Position numbers and translations under genes: made by a program. Shown piece after piece: positions 26,824-37,087 of a stretch of 64,000 bases of DNA (positions within the stretch are counted from its first letter, which is position 1; the number at the start of each line of letters is the position of its first letter). The stretch comes from Chitinophagales bacterium (GTDB lineage Bacteria; Bacteroidota; Bacteroidia; Chitinophagales; UBA8649), in NCBI GenBank assembly GCA_037624485.1, contig JASJJC010000009.1, positions 178,674 through 242,673 on the forward strand, read 5' to 3'. Below the pieces are notes generated by a model, which was not told the DNA's origin, ran no database searches, and saw only the letters and a list, made by a program, of their open reading frames with translations.

Positions 26824-28077
26824 ATGCTATACGAACTATTTCAATATTTAAATCAACATACTCACTTGCCTGGCATGGGTCTTTTTGAATTTCTATCATT
26901 CAGAGCAGCTATGGCTGCGGTATTTTCCTTGGTGATTTCCATTCTACTGGGGGATATGGTGATTAATAAGCTGCGCAATCTTCAAATTGGAGAAACCGTA
27001 AGAGACTTAGGATTGGAAGGGCAAAAGGAAAAACAAGGGACGCCTACCATGGGAGGGATTCTAATTTTGTTAGCCATTTTAATTCCAACTCTATTACTAG
27101 CAGATTTAGGCAATATCTATATTATTATAATGATAGTTTCCACGCTTTGGATGGGTGCTATTGGTTTTTTAGATGATTATATCAAGGTATTTAAAAAGAA
27201 TAAAGAAGGCTTAAAAGGGAAGTTTAAAGTAATTGGCCAAATTGGTCTAGGACTTTTTGTTGGAGCAATGATGTATTTCCATCCGGATATATATGTGAAG
27301 CAAGAGGTTTCCTATGAGGAGGCACAAAAATTCCCTGTTGATCAAATTTCAACCCATGAGGATATGCAAGGTGTTGAGCATTTTATGGCTAAAATTGATG
27401 CACCGATAACAAACATACCTTTCTTAAAAGGCAATGAGTTTAATTATGAGAAGGTCTTGACATTAATTAATCCATCATGGAAAAGGTTTGGCTGGTTAAT
27501 TTTTATTCCAGCAGTTATTTTTATCATAACTGCTGTTTCCAATGGCGCGAATTTAACGGATGGAATTGATGGTTTAGCAACAGGAACTTCCGCGATTAGT
27601 GGCTCCGTACTGTTCTTGTTTGCCTATATATCTGGTAATATTATTTTTGCTGAATACCTCAATATTCTATATATCCCATATGCTGCAGAGCTAACCATTT
27701 TTATTGCTGCATTTATCGGAGCATGTATCGGCTTCTTATGGCAAAATTCATACCCAGCAAAAGTGTTTATGGGTGACACTGGTAGTCTTGCTATTGGTGG
27801 CATAATTGCAACTATAGCTATCCTAACAAGGAAGGAATTATTACTTCCTATTCTAGTAGGTGTTTTTCTCGCAGAAAATTTATCAGTAATCATTCAAGTT
27901 GGATACTTCAAATACACGAGGAGAAAATATGGTGAAGGACGAAGGGTCTTTCTGATGTCACCTTTACACCACCACTATCAGAAAAAGGGATATCATGAAT
28001 CTAAAATTGTAACACGATTTTGGATTGTAGGTATACTTTTAGCCATTATAGCTGTAGCAACCTTAAAAATTAGATAA
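26824..28077 (+). CDS. mraY: Phospho-N-acetylmuramoyl-pentapeptide transferase
   Basis: 417 aa polytopic protein. [10 protein letters not shown] and [13 protein letters not shown] motifs. Confidence 0.92.
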   Translation: MLYELFQYLNQHTHLPGMGLFEFLSFRAAMAAVFSLVISILLGDMVINKLRNLQIGETVRDLGLEGQKEKQGTPTMGGILILLAILIPTLLLADLGNIYIIIMIVSTLWMGAIGFLDDYIKVFKKNKEGLKGKFKVIGQIGLGLFVGAMMYFHPDIYVKQEVSYEEAQKFPVDQISTHEDMQGVEHFMAKIDAPITNIPFLKGNEFNYEKVLTLINPSWKRFGWLIFIPAVIFIITAVSNGANLTDGIDGLATGTSAISGSVLFLFAYISGNIIFAEYLNILYIPYAAELTIFIAAFIGACIGFLWQNSYPAKVFMGDTGSLAIGGIIATIAILTRKELLLPILVGVFLAENLSVIIQVGYFKYTRRKYGEGRRVFLMSPLHHHYQKKGYHESKIVTRFWIVGILLAIIAVATLKIR

Positions 28078-28089
28078 AGAGAAAAATTG

Positions 28090-29436
28090 ATGACAACTAA
28101 AACTCAAAAAATAGCAATACTCGGGGCTGCAGAAAGCGGTGTTGGTGCAGCTATACTTGCTACTCAGCAGGGTTTTGATGTTTGGGTATCAGATTATAGT
28201 CAAATCCAGCCAAAGCACAAAGAATGTTTAAATAAGTATAAGATCAATTGGGAAGAAGGTAAGCATAGCGAAGAGAATATACTGGATGCACATCTGGTAA
28301 TGAAAAGTCCTGGAATACCAGAAAACGCAGATATTATTCAAAAGATTAGAAAGAAAGGAATAGCAGTGGTCTCTGAGATAGAGTTTGCTTCAAGGTACAC
28401 CGATGCGTTTATAATAGCCATAACTGGCAGCAATGGTAAAACTACAGCAACAAGCTTAACCTATAAAATTTTAAAAGATGCTGGACTAAATGTCGGTGTA
28501 GCTGGGAATATAGGCGTGAGTTTTGCCCAGCAAGTCGCCACCCAGAAATTTGATTACTACGTTTTAGAAGTGAGCAGTTTTCAATTAGATGACATTGATT
28601 CATTTAAACCAAATATTTCCGTATTGCTAAACATAACACCAGACCACTTAGATCGCTATGACTATAAATTTGAAAACTACTTAGCGGCTAAGTTTAAGAT
28701 TACTCAGAATCAAAACGACGAGAATCTTTTCATTTATTGTCAGGACGATAAGTCAATAGCAACCTCACTAATTACAAAAAAAATTCATGCACAATCAATC
28801 CCTTTCACGCTTGAAACTGAAGTAGGTGAGGGCGCATATCTACAAAATAACGAATTAACTATAAACCTAAAAAAAAAAGTTTTTACTATGTCAATTAACG
28901 AAATAGGAATTAAAGGCAAGCATAATGTTTACAACTCAATGGCTGCTTCTATCGTGGCCAGAGCAGTAGATATTAAGAAGGAGAGTATCCGTGAAAGTCT
29001 AGCGGATTTTAAAAATCTAGAGCATCGAATGGAGAAGGTGCTGAAAATAGGCGGAGTTGAGTTTATCAATGATTCGAAAGCCACTAATGTAAACTCCACC
29101 TGGTACGCTCTAGAGTCTATCCAAAATCCAGTAGTTTGGATTGCGGGAGGGGTAGACAAGGGAAATGATTATGAGGTGCTTAAATCTTTAGTGCGCGCCA
29201 AAGTTCATACCGTTATTTGCTTAGGTAATGATAGTAGAAATTTGCACGAAGCTTTTTCTCATCAAACGGATTTGATGATAAATGTGCATGATATGAAAGA
29301 GGCCGTTAGAATCGCCAATCATTTTGCCAATAAAGGGGATGCAGTACTATTATCACCAGCTTGCGCAAGTTTTGATTTGTTTGAAAATTATGAGGATAGA
29401 GGAAATCAATTTAAAGCATCAGTGCGCAATTTATAA
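28090..29436 (+). CDS. murD: UDP-N-acetylmuramoylalanine--D-glutamate ligase
   Basis: About 448 aa. ITGSNGKTT P-loop. The ATG at 28090 is preferred over the TTG at 28087 used by the ORF track. Confidence 0.9.
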   Translation: MTTKTQKIAILGAAESGVGAAILATQQGFDVWVSDYSQIQPKHKECLNKYKINWEEGKHSEENILDAHLVMKSPGIPENADIIQKIRKKGIAVVSEIEFASRYTDAFIIAITGSNGKTTATSLTYKILKDAGLNVGVAGNIGVSFAQQVATQKFDYYVLEVSSFQLDDIDSFKPNISVLLNITPDHLDRYDYKFENYLAAKFKITQNQNDENLFIYCQDDKSIATSLITKKIHAQSIPFTLETEVGEGAYLQNNELTINLKKKVFTMSINEIGIKGKHNVYNSMAASIVARAVDIKKESIRESLADFKNLEHRMEKVLKIGGVEFINDSKATNVNSTWYALESIQNPVVWIAGGVDKGNDYEVLKSLVRAKVHTVICLGNDSRNLHEAFSHQTDLMINVHDMKEAVRIANHFANKGDAVLLSPACASFDLFENYEDRGNQFKASVRNL

Positions 29437-29457
29437 AAGCTAGAAATCTAGAAAGAA

Positions 29458-30666
29458 ATGTTTGAAAAAATAACCAAAAACATAAAAGGAGATAAATACA
29501 TATGGGTCATTGTGCTCATCTTGTCTTTGTTTTCTCTTTTGGCTGTTTACAGTTCTACCGGGACCTTAGCCTATAAATATAGAGCTGGCAATACGGAGTA
29601 TTATTTGATGAAGCAAGTTCTTATTATCGGTGGTGGTCTGGTTTTAATGTACCTGACTCATTTAATTAATTACAAATATTTCTCAAGAATCTCTCAAATA
29701 TTATATTACTTAAGTATTATCCTTTTGGTGCTAACCTTATTTTTTGGCACTGACATAAATGAAGCGAAAAGATGGATTACCCTTCCTGGGGTAAACCTTA
29801 CTTTTCAAACATCTGATTTAGCTAAATTTGCATTAATCATGTATTTAGCCCGCATGCTATCAAAGAAGCAAGACATGGTGCGTTCTTTTAGCGAGGGATT
29901 TTGGCCTACGATATTCCCGGTATTTATTATTTGTGGATTAATAGCTCCTGAAGATTTGTCATCTGCCTTGGTGTTATTCTCAACCAGTGTATTGGTAATG
30001 TTTGTGGGAAGAATTCACATAGCTTACATTGTTGGTTTAATTGGTCTTTCAGTAATTACGATAGGCATGTTTGTTACCTTGCTTTTCACTTTGCCAGAAG
30101 AGAGTATGCCGGGAAGAATGACAACTTGGAAAGCAAGAATAGAATCTTTTATGAATACGGATGGAGAAGAGCCGTATCAACTTGTTCAATCCAAAATTGC
30201 TATAGCTAAGGGTGGGTTTATTCCGAATGGCCCTGGTAATAGTACGCAACGCAATTTCCTTCCTCATCCTTATTCGGATTTTATTTATGCAATTATTATA
30301 GAAGAGTATAGCTTCTTTGGAGGAGTGTTTGTTGTTTTTCTTTACCTCGCATTCTTAATACGTTCAGGACTTATAGTTAGAAAAGCACCAAAAGCATTCG
30401 GTGCATTGTTATCCTTTGGATTGGCCTTAAGCCTAACTATTCAAGCAATGATTAATATGGGGGTTGCCGTCGGTTTATTGCCAGTCACGGGATTGACCTT
30501 GCCTTTGGTGAGTATGGGAGGGAGCTCTACCATCTTTGTAAGTCTTGCTTTTGGAATAATCCTCAGTGTAAGTCGAGATATTGAACAATTAGAACTAGGT
30601 ATAGATGAAAGTGAAATGTCGCTAGAAGATTTAATTATGGGTTCAGAGGAAATTGAACAGGAATAA
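29458..30666 (+). CDS. ftsW: SEDS-family peptidoglycan polymerase / lipid II flippase FtsW
   Basis: 402 aa polytopic protein. LPHPYSDFIYAII and GLLPVTGLTLPLVSMGGSS are SEDS hallmarks. Confidence 0.85.
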   Translation: MFEKITKNIKGDKYIWVIVLILSLFSLLAVYSSTGTLAYKYRAGNTEYYLMKQVLIIGGGLVLMYLTHLINYKYFSRISQILYYLSIILLVLTLFFGTDINEAKRWITLPGVNLTFQTSDLAKFALIMYLARMLSKKQDMVRSFSEGFWPTIFPVFIICGLIAPEDLSSALVLFSTSVLVMFVGRIHIAYIVGLIGLSVITIGMFVTLLFTLPEESMPGRMTTWKARIESFMNTDGEEPYQLVQSKIAIAKGGFIPNGPGNSTQRNFLPHPYSDFIYAIIIEEYSFFGGVFVVFLYLAFLIRSGLIVRKAPKAFGALLSFGLALSLTIQAMINMGVAVGLLPVTGLTLPLVSMGGSSTIFVSLAFGIILSVSRDIEQLELGIDESEMSLEDLIMGSEEIEQE

Positions 30667-30684
30667 ATAGACGCTAAAAAGAAA

Positions 30685-31770
30685 GTGAAGAAGAATTTAA
30701 AAATATTGATGAGTGGCGGAGGAAGTGGTGGACACGTTTTTCCAGCAATTGCTATAGCAGATGCTATTAAAAAAATATCCCCTGAGACAGAGTTTTTGTT
30801 TATTGGGGCAAAAGGTAAAATTGAAATGACTGCAGTGCCTAAAGCGGGATACGAAATAAAAGGGCTGACAATTGCGGGATTTCAGCGAAAACTAAGCGTA
30901 AAAAATTTACTTTTTCCATTTAAGCTGCTAGTGAGTCTGGTAAAGGCATGGGTTATCGTAAAAAATTTTAAACCAAATGCGGCAATTGGCACAGGTGGAT
31001 ATGCAAGCGGAGCAGCTTTGAAGGTAGCGCAATGGCAGGGGGTTGCAAGTTTTATTCAAGAACAAAATGCATTTCCCGGAATAACAAACAAACTATTGGC
31101 TAAGAAGGCAAGAAAAGTATTTGCTGCCTATAATGGTCTGGAACAATATTTTGAAAAATCAAAGATACAACTTACAGGAAATCCTTTGAGAGGTAGTATA
31201 TCACTGGATGGGGTAGATCGAAAATTGGCCTGCGAGCATTTCGGTTTGGATGGAAAAAAACCAATAGTATTTATCACTGGAGGAAGCCTAGGTGCTAGTG
31301 CTATAAATAAAGCTATTGCGGGAAAAATTAATCGTTTTGACGAAGAAGGAATTCAATTGATTTGGCAATGTGGTAGAATCTATGAAGCGGAGTATGCTAG
31401 TTTAAACTCACCCATGGTTAAGGTTCTAAGCTTTATTGACCGAATGGATTATGCCTACACGGCTGCAGATGTAATAGTCTCTCGAGCAGGTGGAACCATA
31501 TCAGAGCTAGCAATAATTGGAAAACCAACCATATTACTACCATCTCCAAATGTTGCTGAAGACCACCAAACCAAAAATGTAATGGCTTTAGTGGAAAAGG
31601 AGGCAGCAATTTTAATAAGGGATAATGAGGCCGTTGAAGCACTTGTTCCGGCATGTATCGACTTGCTAAGTAACACTGAATTGAAAGAAAAAATAAGTAA
31701 TAACATTAAGCAATTTGCTAAACCAAACGCAGCTAAGGAGATTGCTCAAAGTATTTTGTCAAGCATTTAA
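30685..31770 (+). CDS. murG: UDP-N-acetylglucosamine--N-acetylmuramyl-(pentapeptide) pyrophosphoryl-undecaprenol GlcNAc transferase
   Basis: 361 aa, GTG start. G-loop GGGSGGHVFPAIAIA and C-terminal HQTKN. Confidence 0.9.
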   Translation: MKKNLKILMSGGGSGGHVFPAIAIADAIKKISPETEFLFIGAKGKIEMTAVPKAGYEIKGLTIAGFQRKLSVKNLLFPFKLLVSLVKAWVIVKNFKPNAAIGTGGYASGAALKVAQWQGVASFIQEQNAFPGITNKLLAKKARKVFAAYNGLEQYFEKSKIQLTGNPLRGSISLDGVDRKLACEHFGLDGKKPIVFITGGSLGASAINKAIAGKINRFDEEGIQLIWQCGRIYEAEYASLNSPMVKVLSFIDRMDYAYTAADVIVSRAGGTISELAIIGKPTILLPSPNVAEDHQTKNVMALVEKEAAILIRDNEAVEALVPACIDLLSNTELKEKISNNIKQFAKPNAAKEIAQSILSSI

Positions 31771-33128
31771 TGAAAGACTTAAAAGACATATCAAAAGTAT
31801 ATTTTCTGGGTATTGGAGGTATCGGTATGTCTGCACTTGCGCGATATTTTAATGAGCAAGGCCTCAGCGTGAAAGGCTATGATAAAACATCATCTCCACT
31901 AACAGACAAGTTAATGCAAGAGGGAATGGATATCCATTTTGATGATGATTTAACGCTATTGGATAAAGAAGCTGATTTAGTCATATATACGCCGGCAATA
32001 CCTCAATCGCACAAGCAATTGAATTGGTATAAGGAAAATGGATACGAACTCTACAAACGGTCAGTAGTTTTAGGCATGATTTCAAGCAATCATTATTGTA
32101 TCGCTATTGCTGGTTCTCATGGGAAGACAACTGTTTCGTCTATGCTTGCTCATATATTAAATGGTGCAGGAGGATGCATAGCTTTTTTAGGAGGAATTGC
32201 CAGTAATTATAACTCCAATTATATCCATACATCTAATCGTTTTATGGTTGTTGAAGCAGATGAGTTTGATCGGTCTTTTCTTACTCTACATCCCAATATA
32301 GCGGGGATAACTGCAATTGATAGTGACCATTTGGAAGTGTATGGTAGTTTAGAAAATATTGAAGAAGAATTTATTCAATTTGCAAAACAAATAGTACCGC
32401 AAGGTCAGTTGATTTTAAATGAGCACTATTCGCATATTTTATCAAGATTACCCAAACACTTGGAGGTGTCACAATATGGCCATGAAAAGCAGGCGGATTA
32501 TTCGCTGACTAATTACAGTGTTGAGAACGGGGAGTTTGTTTTTACTGTAACGACACCAAACGGTGTTATTGAAAATCTTACCGCCAGCTTTGGAGGGATT
32601 CATAATTTAGAAAATGCCACTTTGGCGATTTCAATTTGTGAAAAATTAGGTATCTCTAATCGGGATATCCGAAAAGGAATACGCTCTTTTAAAGGAATTA
32701 AAAGAAGATTTGAAAAGCACGTAGATATCGATGGCACAATCTATATAGATGATTATGCACACCATCCTATGGAGATAAAAGCGCTGGTAAAATCACTTCG
32801 GTTTTTATACCCTGATAAAGAAATATTAGCAATTTTTCAACCCCATTTATTCTCAAGAACCAAGAATTTATATGAAGAATTTGCGCATGAGTTAGCTCAG
32901 GTGGATGATTTAATTCTCTTGCCAATATACCCTGCCAGAGAAGAGCCTATTGAAGGGGTAAGTTCAGAATTAATCTTGAATAAAGTAGCGCTTAAAAACA
33001 AGGCAATTATTGATAAGACATCGCTAATAGATTCACTTAGAAATAAAGTAAAGAACAAAGTGGTCGTCACCATCGGTGCAGGAGATATAGATAGATTTGT
33101 TGAGCCAATAAAAGAAATGCTTCAATGA
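31770..33128 (+). CDS. murC: UDP-N-acetylmuramate--L-alanine ligase
   Basis: 452 aa. GIGGIGMSALA and IAGSHGKTTVS. TAATG overlap with murG. Confidence 0.9.
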   Translation: MKDLKDISKVYFLGIGGIGMSALARYFNEQGLSVKGYDKTSSPLTDKLMQEGMDIHFDDDLTLLDKEADLVIYTPAIPQSHKQLNWYKENGYELYKRSVVLGMISSNHYCIAIAGSHGKTTVSSMLAHILNGAGGCIAFLGGIASNYNSNYIHTSNRFMVVEADEFDRSFLTLHPNIAGITAIDSDHLEVYGSLENIEEEFIQFAKQIVPQGQLILNEHYSHILSRLPKHLEVSQYGHEKQADYSLTNYSVENGEFVFTVTTPNGVIENLTASFGGIHNLENATLAISICEKLGISNRDIRKGIRSFKGIKRRFEKHVDIDGTIYIDDYAHHPMEIKALVKSLRFLYPDKEILAIFQPHLFSRTKNLYEEFAHELAQVDDLILLPIYPAREEPIEGVSSELILNKVALKNKAIIDKTSLIDSLRNKVKNKVVVTIGAGDIDRFVEPIKEMLQ

Positions 33129-33901
33129 AAAAGACGACAAAAAAATACATCATTCAAGGCTTGAAGGTTGCATTAATTGCGGTTTTTGGTGTGTTGTTTA
33201 TTGCCATTTTAATCAAGGCTCGTTTGCAGGCTGGTGAGTCTGTCTGTAATGAAATTCAGGTGAATGTTAAAAATGCAGATAAATTTCAATTTATTGCGGA
33301 AAATGAGATCATTGATTTTATAAACAACAATGGGAAAGATGTGGTGATTAATCAACGATTAAAGGATGTCTCTAAATCGGAAATTGAGGCACGCATTGAG
33401 CAAAGCGAATACATAGAAAAAGCTGATGTTTTCACTAATTTTGAAGGGAAGATGCGCGTAGATGTGACACAAAAAAACCCTATATATAGAGTATTCAACA
33501 ATAATGGTGTTAGTTACTATGTGAGTAACAAGGGTGAAAGTATTCCTATTTCAAGTAAATTTACTCCTAGACTAATTGTTGCTACTGGGAATTTGTCGAA
33601 GCAGCTTACATCAAAGAATCTTAAGATCCGTGAAGACCTACTTGAACTTGTGGCCTTCATCAATGAAAGTTCATTTTGGGAAGCTATGATAGGGCAAATT
33701 GAGGTAGCAAATAATGGTGATTTTTTACTTTATTCTAAGATCGATGAACATGTTGTAAACATTGGAAATACTGATAATCTTGAGGATAAATTTAAGTATC
33801 TCCAGATATTTTACAAAGAAGCAATAAAGAATGTTGATTGGAAACAATATGAAGAAATAAATCTAAAGTTTAAAGGACAAATAATCTGTAAAAAAAAATA
33901 A
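33125..33901 (+). CDS. ftsQ: Cell-division protein FtsQ-like
   Basis: 258 aa. Single N-terminal TM helix followed by a POTRA-like region. ATGA overlap with murC. Conserved position before ftsA. Confidence 0.65.
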   Translation: MKKTTKKYIIQGLKVALIAVFGVLFIAILIKARLQAGESVCNEIQVNVKNADKFQFIAENEIIDFINNNGKDVVINQRLKDVSKSEIEARIEQSEYIEKADVFTNFEGKMRVDVTQKNPIYRVFNNNGVSYYVSNKGESIPISSKFTPRLIVATGNLSKQLTSKNLKIREDLLELVAFINESSFWEAMIGQIEVANNGDFLLYSKIDEHVVNIGNTDNLEDKFKYLQIFYKEAIKNVDWKQYEEINLKFKGQIICKKK

Positions 33902-33910
33902 CGTAAACGA

Positions 33911-35263
33911 ATGGATGCAAATAATCAAGTAATCGTAGGACTAGATATAGGGACAACCAAGATTTGTGTTTTAGTCACAAAGAAGGATGAGTTGGGTAAA
34001 ACTGAGGTTTTGGGTATTGGAAAAGCACCATCTCATGGAGTTATGCGCGGGGAGGTTGCCAATATCGACAAAACTGTACAATCTATTATACAGGCCGTAA
34101 AAGATGCTGAAAAACAATCTGGTGAAACAATCACCAAGGTTCATGTAGGTATTGCAGGTCAGCACATTAAGAGTATGCAGCACAGAGGTATTCTTACTCG
34201 AAGTGATGCGCAAAGTGAGATTTCCGAAGAGGATATTAAAAGTTTAATTCGCGATATGCATAAGCTTGCAATGAGTCCAGGTGAACGAATAATTCATGTC
34301 TTGCCGCAAGAGTTTATTGTAGATTCAATGCCTGCCAAAAGTGATCCAATTGGGATGTGTGGTAGTCGTCTCGAAGCAAATTTCCATATTATCACAGGAC
34401 GAGTAGCCGCTGCACAAAATATTGAGCGTTGTGTTCAAAAGGCTGGCTTAACCATGGAAGGATTGATATTGGAGCCACTGGCATCGGCCGCTTCAGTTTT
34501 GGATGAGGATGAAAAAGAAGCTGGGGTAGCTTTAGTAGATATTGGAGGAGGCACGACAGATTTAGCCATTTTTCAAGATGGTATAATAAGGCATACATGT
34601 GTTATTCCTTTCGGCGGCAACATTATTACGGAAGATATTAAGGACGGTTGTAAGATTATGAAAAATCAAGCAGAAGCCTTAAAGGTTCGGTTCGGTTCGG
34701 CAGTTTCGGTAGAAGCGAAGGACAATCAAATCATTTCTATACCGGGATTAAAGGGGCGTCCACCCAAGGAAATTTCTATGAAAAACTTGGCAAATATTAT
34801 CCAAGCTAGAATAGAAGAGATCTTCGAACAAGTTTATTTTGAGATAAAAGCTTCTGGATATGCAAAAAAATTGAACGGAGGAATTGTTATAACAGGTGGT
34901 GGATCACAATTGAAATTCATAAAACAATTAGTAGAATATGTCACCGGGCTTGATGCACGGATAGGTTATCCAATAGAGCACTTGGCAACTGATTATAATG
35001 CCGAGCTGAAACACCCAATGTTCGCCACTGGAATAGGCTTAGTAGAGAGAGCCTTTAAGGAAGATAGTAAATCTTCAGACAAAGTTCATATTGACCCCTA
35101 TGATTCAACTATAGAGAGGAAGCAGGAGGAAGTAGAATCAGAAGCTGGTAATAACCTTATCGAAACCGCTCAAACAAATAAAGTTAAGGACTGGTGGAAG
35201 GATATTTTCAAAGGAATACCAGAATGGTTGATGGATGAGAATGACGGAGATTTTAATGATTAA
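33911..35263 (+). CDS. ftsA: Cell-division protein FtsA
   Basis: 450 aa, actin-fold motifs (VGLDIGTTKICV, DIGGGTTDLAIF, ITGGGSQL). Confidence 0.9.
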   Translation: MDANNQVIVGLDIGTTKICVLVTKKDELGKTEVLGIGKAPSHGVMRGEVANIDKTVQSIIQAVKDAEKQSGETITKVHVGIAGQHIKSMQHRGILTRSDAQSEISEEDIKSLIRDMHKLAMSPGERIIHVLPQEFIVDSMPAKSDPIGMCGSRLEANFHIITGRVAAAQNIERCVQKAGLTMEGLILEPLASAASVLDEDEKEAGVALVDIGGGTTDLAIFQDGIIRHTCVIPFGGNIITEDIKDGCKIMKNQAEALKVRFGSAVSVEAKDNQIISIPGLKGRPPKEISMKNLANIIQARIEEIFEQVYFEIKASGYAKKLNGGIVITGGGSQLKFIKQLVEYVTGLDARIGYPIEHLATDYNAELKHPMFATGIGLVERAFKEDSKSSDKVHIDPYDSTIERKQEEVESEAGNNLIETAQTNKVKDWWKDIFKGIPEWLMDENDGDFND

Positions 35264-35293
35264 GATTACAAAAAAGAAAAAATTAAACTAGCT

Positions 35294-36850
35294 ATGAATT
35301 TGCAATTTGACTTACCAAAAGAACAATCATCAATCATTAAAGTGATTGGAGTAGGTGGTGGGGGCAGTAATGCTGTTAATCACATGTATGAAATGGGTAT
35401 TAGAGGAGTTAATTATGTGGTGTGCAACACAGATCAACAAGCTCTTGACCTAAGTCCCGTTCCCAATAAAATCCAATTAGGTCCAGAAATGACCCAAGGT
35501 TTAGGGGCTGGATCTAGACCCGAAATAGGAGAAGAAGCTACGATTGAATCTTCGCAGGACATCCAAGAATTACTGAGTAAGAATACGAGAATGGTGTTTG
35601 TCACTGCCGGAATGGGCGGAGGAACAGGGACTGGTGGAGCTCCTGTAGTAGCCAAACTTGCCCGAGAGATGGGAATATTGACAGTTGGTATTGTCACCAC
35701 TCCATTTAGCTTTGAAGGCCGTCGGAAGTTGATGCAGGCAGATGAAGGGATTAAGAAATTAAAGGATGAAGTAGATAGTATTTTGGTTATCTCCAACGAT
35801 AAGATTCGAGAGATTTACGGAAATTTGTCAAAATCTGAGGCATTTTCAAGAGCAGATGATGTATTGACCATGGCTGCAAAATCAATTTCAGAAATTATTA
35901 CAGTCCCCGGTGAAATTAATGTTGATTTTGCCGATGTTCAGTATGTAATGAAAGAAAGTGGAGTGGCAATAATGGGTGTTGCAGAAGCGGAAGGAGAAGA
36001 TAGAGCCATGCGTGCTGTTCATGCGGCAATAAATTCACCTTTACTTAATAGCAACAATATAACAGGTGCGAGAAAAATATTAATCAATATTAGCTCGGGT
36101 AATGAACAAGTAACTATTGATGAAATTACTGAAATCAATGATTTTGTGCAAGATGCAGCAGGCAATGATACAGATATCATATTTGGTACTTGTGACGATG
36201 ATGCTTTAGGTGAAAAGTTAAGTGTTACAATTATTGCTACTGGGTTCAGTGATGATAATACTGAACCTGTGCAAGTAAAGAAAGAAGTGATTAGTTTGGA
36301 TAATCTTGCAAGAGAAGAGGCTCCGATCAAGCCCGCAGAAGATGTTATGCAGATAAGAGAAGAAACATCAGATAATCCACATACAGGAAATAAAGTAAGT
36401 GATTCTTACACCTTTGATTTGTTCGACGGTCGCAAGGATGAAGAACCAGTTGAACCTACTCAAGTGAATCTGAATAATAATTTTGAGGAGAACTCATTCG
36501 ATTTTGAGATCAAAGAAGTTGACTCTACTCTGCCTGACACTGAATCTTATGGTTTCTATACAACACCAAAAGAAACACCAAGGGAAGATTTGCCCGTCAA
36601 TAAGGAGGAAATCCTTAATGATCGTGTCCGCAGATTAAAAGATGTGAGTTATAAATGGGACAATATGAATAAGATCAAGGAATTCGAGGAAACACCAGCC
36701 TATACCAGACGAGGGATATGTTTGGATGAAACTCCTCATAGTAGTGAAAATAATGTCTCTAGATTTTCGGTAGATAGTTTTGATGTTGAAGGAGAAAAAC
36801 GACCAGAAATTCGAAAGAATAATGGTTTTCTTAATGATAATGTAGATTGA
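35294..36850 (+). CDS. ftsZ: Cell-division GTPase FtsZ with long disordered C-terminal linker
   Basis: 518 aa. GVGGGGSNAVN and tubulin signature GGGTGTGGAPVVA. Confidence 0.95.
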   Translation: MNLQFDLPKEQSSIIKVIGVGGGGSNAVNHMYEMGIRGVNYVVCNTDQQALDLSPVPNKIQLGPEMTQGLGAGSRPEIGEEATIESSQDIQELLSKNTRMVFVTAGMGGGTGTGGAPVVAKLAREMGILTVGIVTTPFSFEGRRKLMQADEGIKKLKDEVDSILVISNDKIREIYGNLSKSEAFSRADDVLTMAAKSISEIITVPGEINVDFADVQYVMKESGVAIMGVAEAEGEDRAMRAVHAAINSPLLNSNNITGARKILINISSGNEQVTIDEITEINDFVQDAAGNDTDIIFGTCDDDALGEKLSVTIIATGFSDDNTEPVQVKKEVISLDNLAREEAPIKPAEDVMQIREETSDNPHTGNKVSDSYTFDLFDGRKDEEPVEPTQVNLNNNFEENSFDFEIKEVDSTLPDTESYGFYTTPKETPREDLPVNKEEILNDRVRRLKDVSYKWDNMNKIKEFEETPAYTRRGICLDETPHSSENNVSRFSVDSFDVEGEKRPEIRKNNGFLNDNVD

Positions 36851-36876
36851 AAGTTAGAATACTAAGACTATATAAA

Positions 36877-36910
36877 AGGCCTACTAAGAATTCTTAGTAG
36901 GCCTTTTTTT
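36877..36910 (+). terminator. Rho-independent terminator ending the dcw operon
   Basis: Perfect 14-bp palindromic stem AGGCCTACTAAGAA/TTCTTAGTAGGCCT, immediately followed by TTTTTT. Confidence 0.85.
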
Positions 36911-37031
36911 GTGGCAAAAACCAGCGTTCAGAACACTAAGTTAGTCCCTCGGTAAATTGCGCTTTTGTGCAGTTTGATTTTTTATATAATCAGTAGCAAA
37001 GGGCTGTGGTAAACAAAATAGCAACAATTTG

Positions 37032-37066
37032 TGGATTTATTCCATCTTTATTTGGATTTATTCCAT
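37032..37066 (+). promoter_or_regulatory. Duplicated 14-bp dyad element (TGGATTTATTCCAT x2), candidate operator of the downstream S24 repressor
   Basis: Exact copies at 37032-37045 and 37053-37066, offset by 21 bp. Each contains the inverted repeat TGGA-N5-TCCA. The second copy ends 22 nt before the ATG. Confidence 0.5.
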
Positions 37067-37087
37067 TAAACGTTTAACTTCGAATGG

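Noticed and set aside
28869-28878. An A10 homopolymer inside murD (CTA AAA AAA AAA GTT, encoding LKKKV). A9 runs also occur at the ftsQ 3' end (33890-98) and in the rpsL upstream spacer.
   Set aside because: The reading frame is intact, and such runs are expected in AT-rich genomes with Lys-rich proteins. There is no evidence of phase variation or frameshifting.
35434-35796. Long antisense or nested ORFs from the track. Examples are 35434-35796 and 36019-36330 inside ftsZ, 54738-55046 and 54997-55314 across rpsM/rpsK, 55953-56258 in rpoA, 37862-38167 in pepP, and 432-638, 1316-1600, 7029-7301 and 7700-8035.
   Set aside because: Each lies fully inside, or antisense to, a confidently identified conserved gene. 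Their compositions are low-complexity and non-protein-like. They are the expected by-product of stop-poor antisense frames.
21485-36850. The dcw cluster lacks murF and ddl, and there is no murB.
   Set aside because: As far as I recall, this compact mraZ-to-ftsZ order without murF and ddl is the usual Bacteroidota arrangement. It is not evidence of gene loss or novelty.
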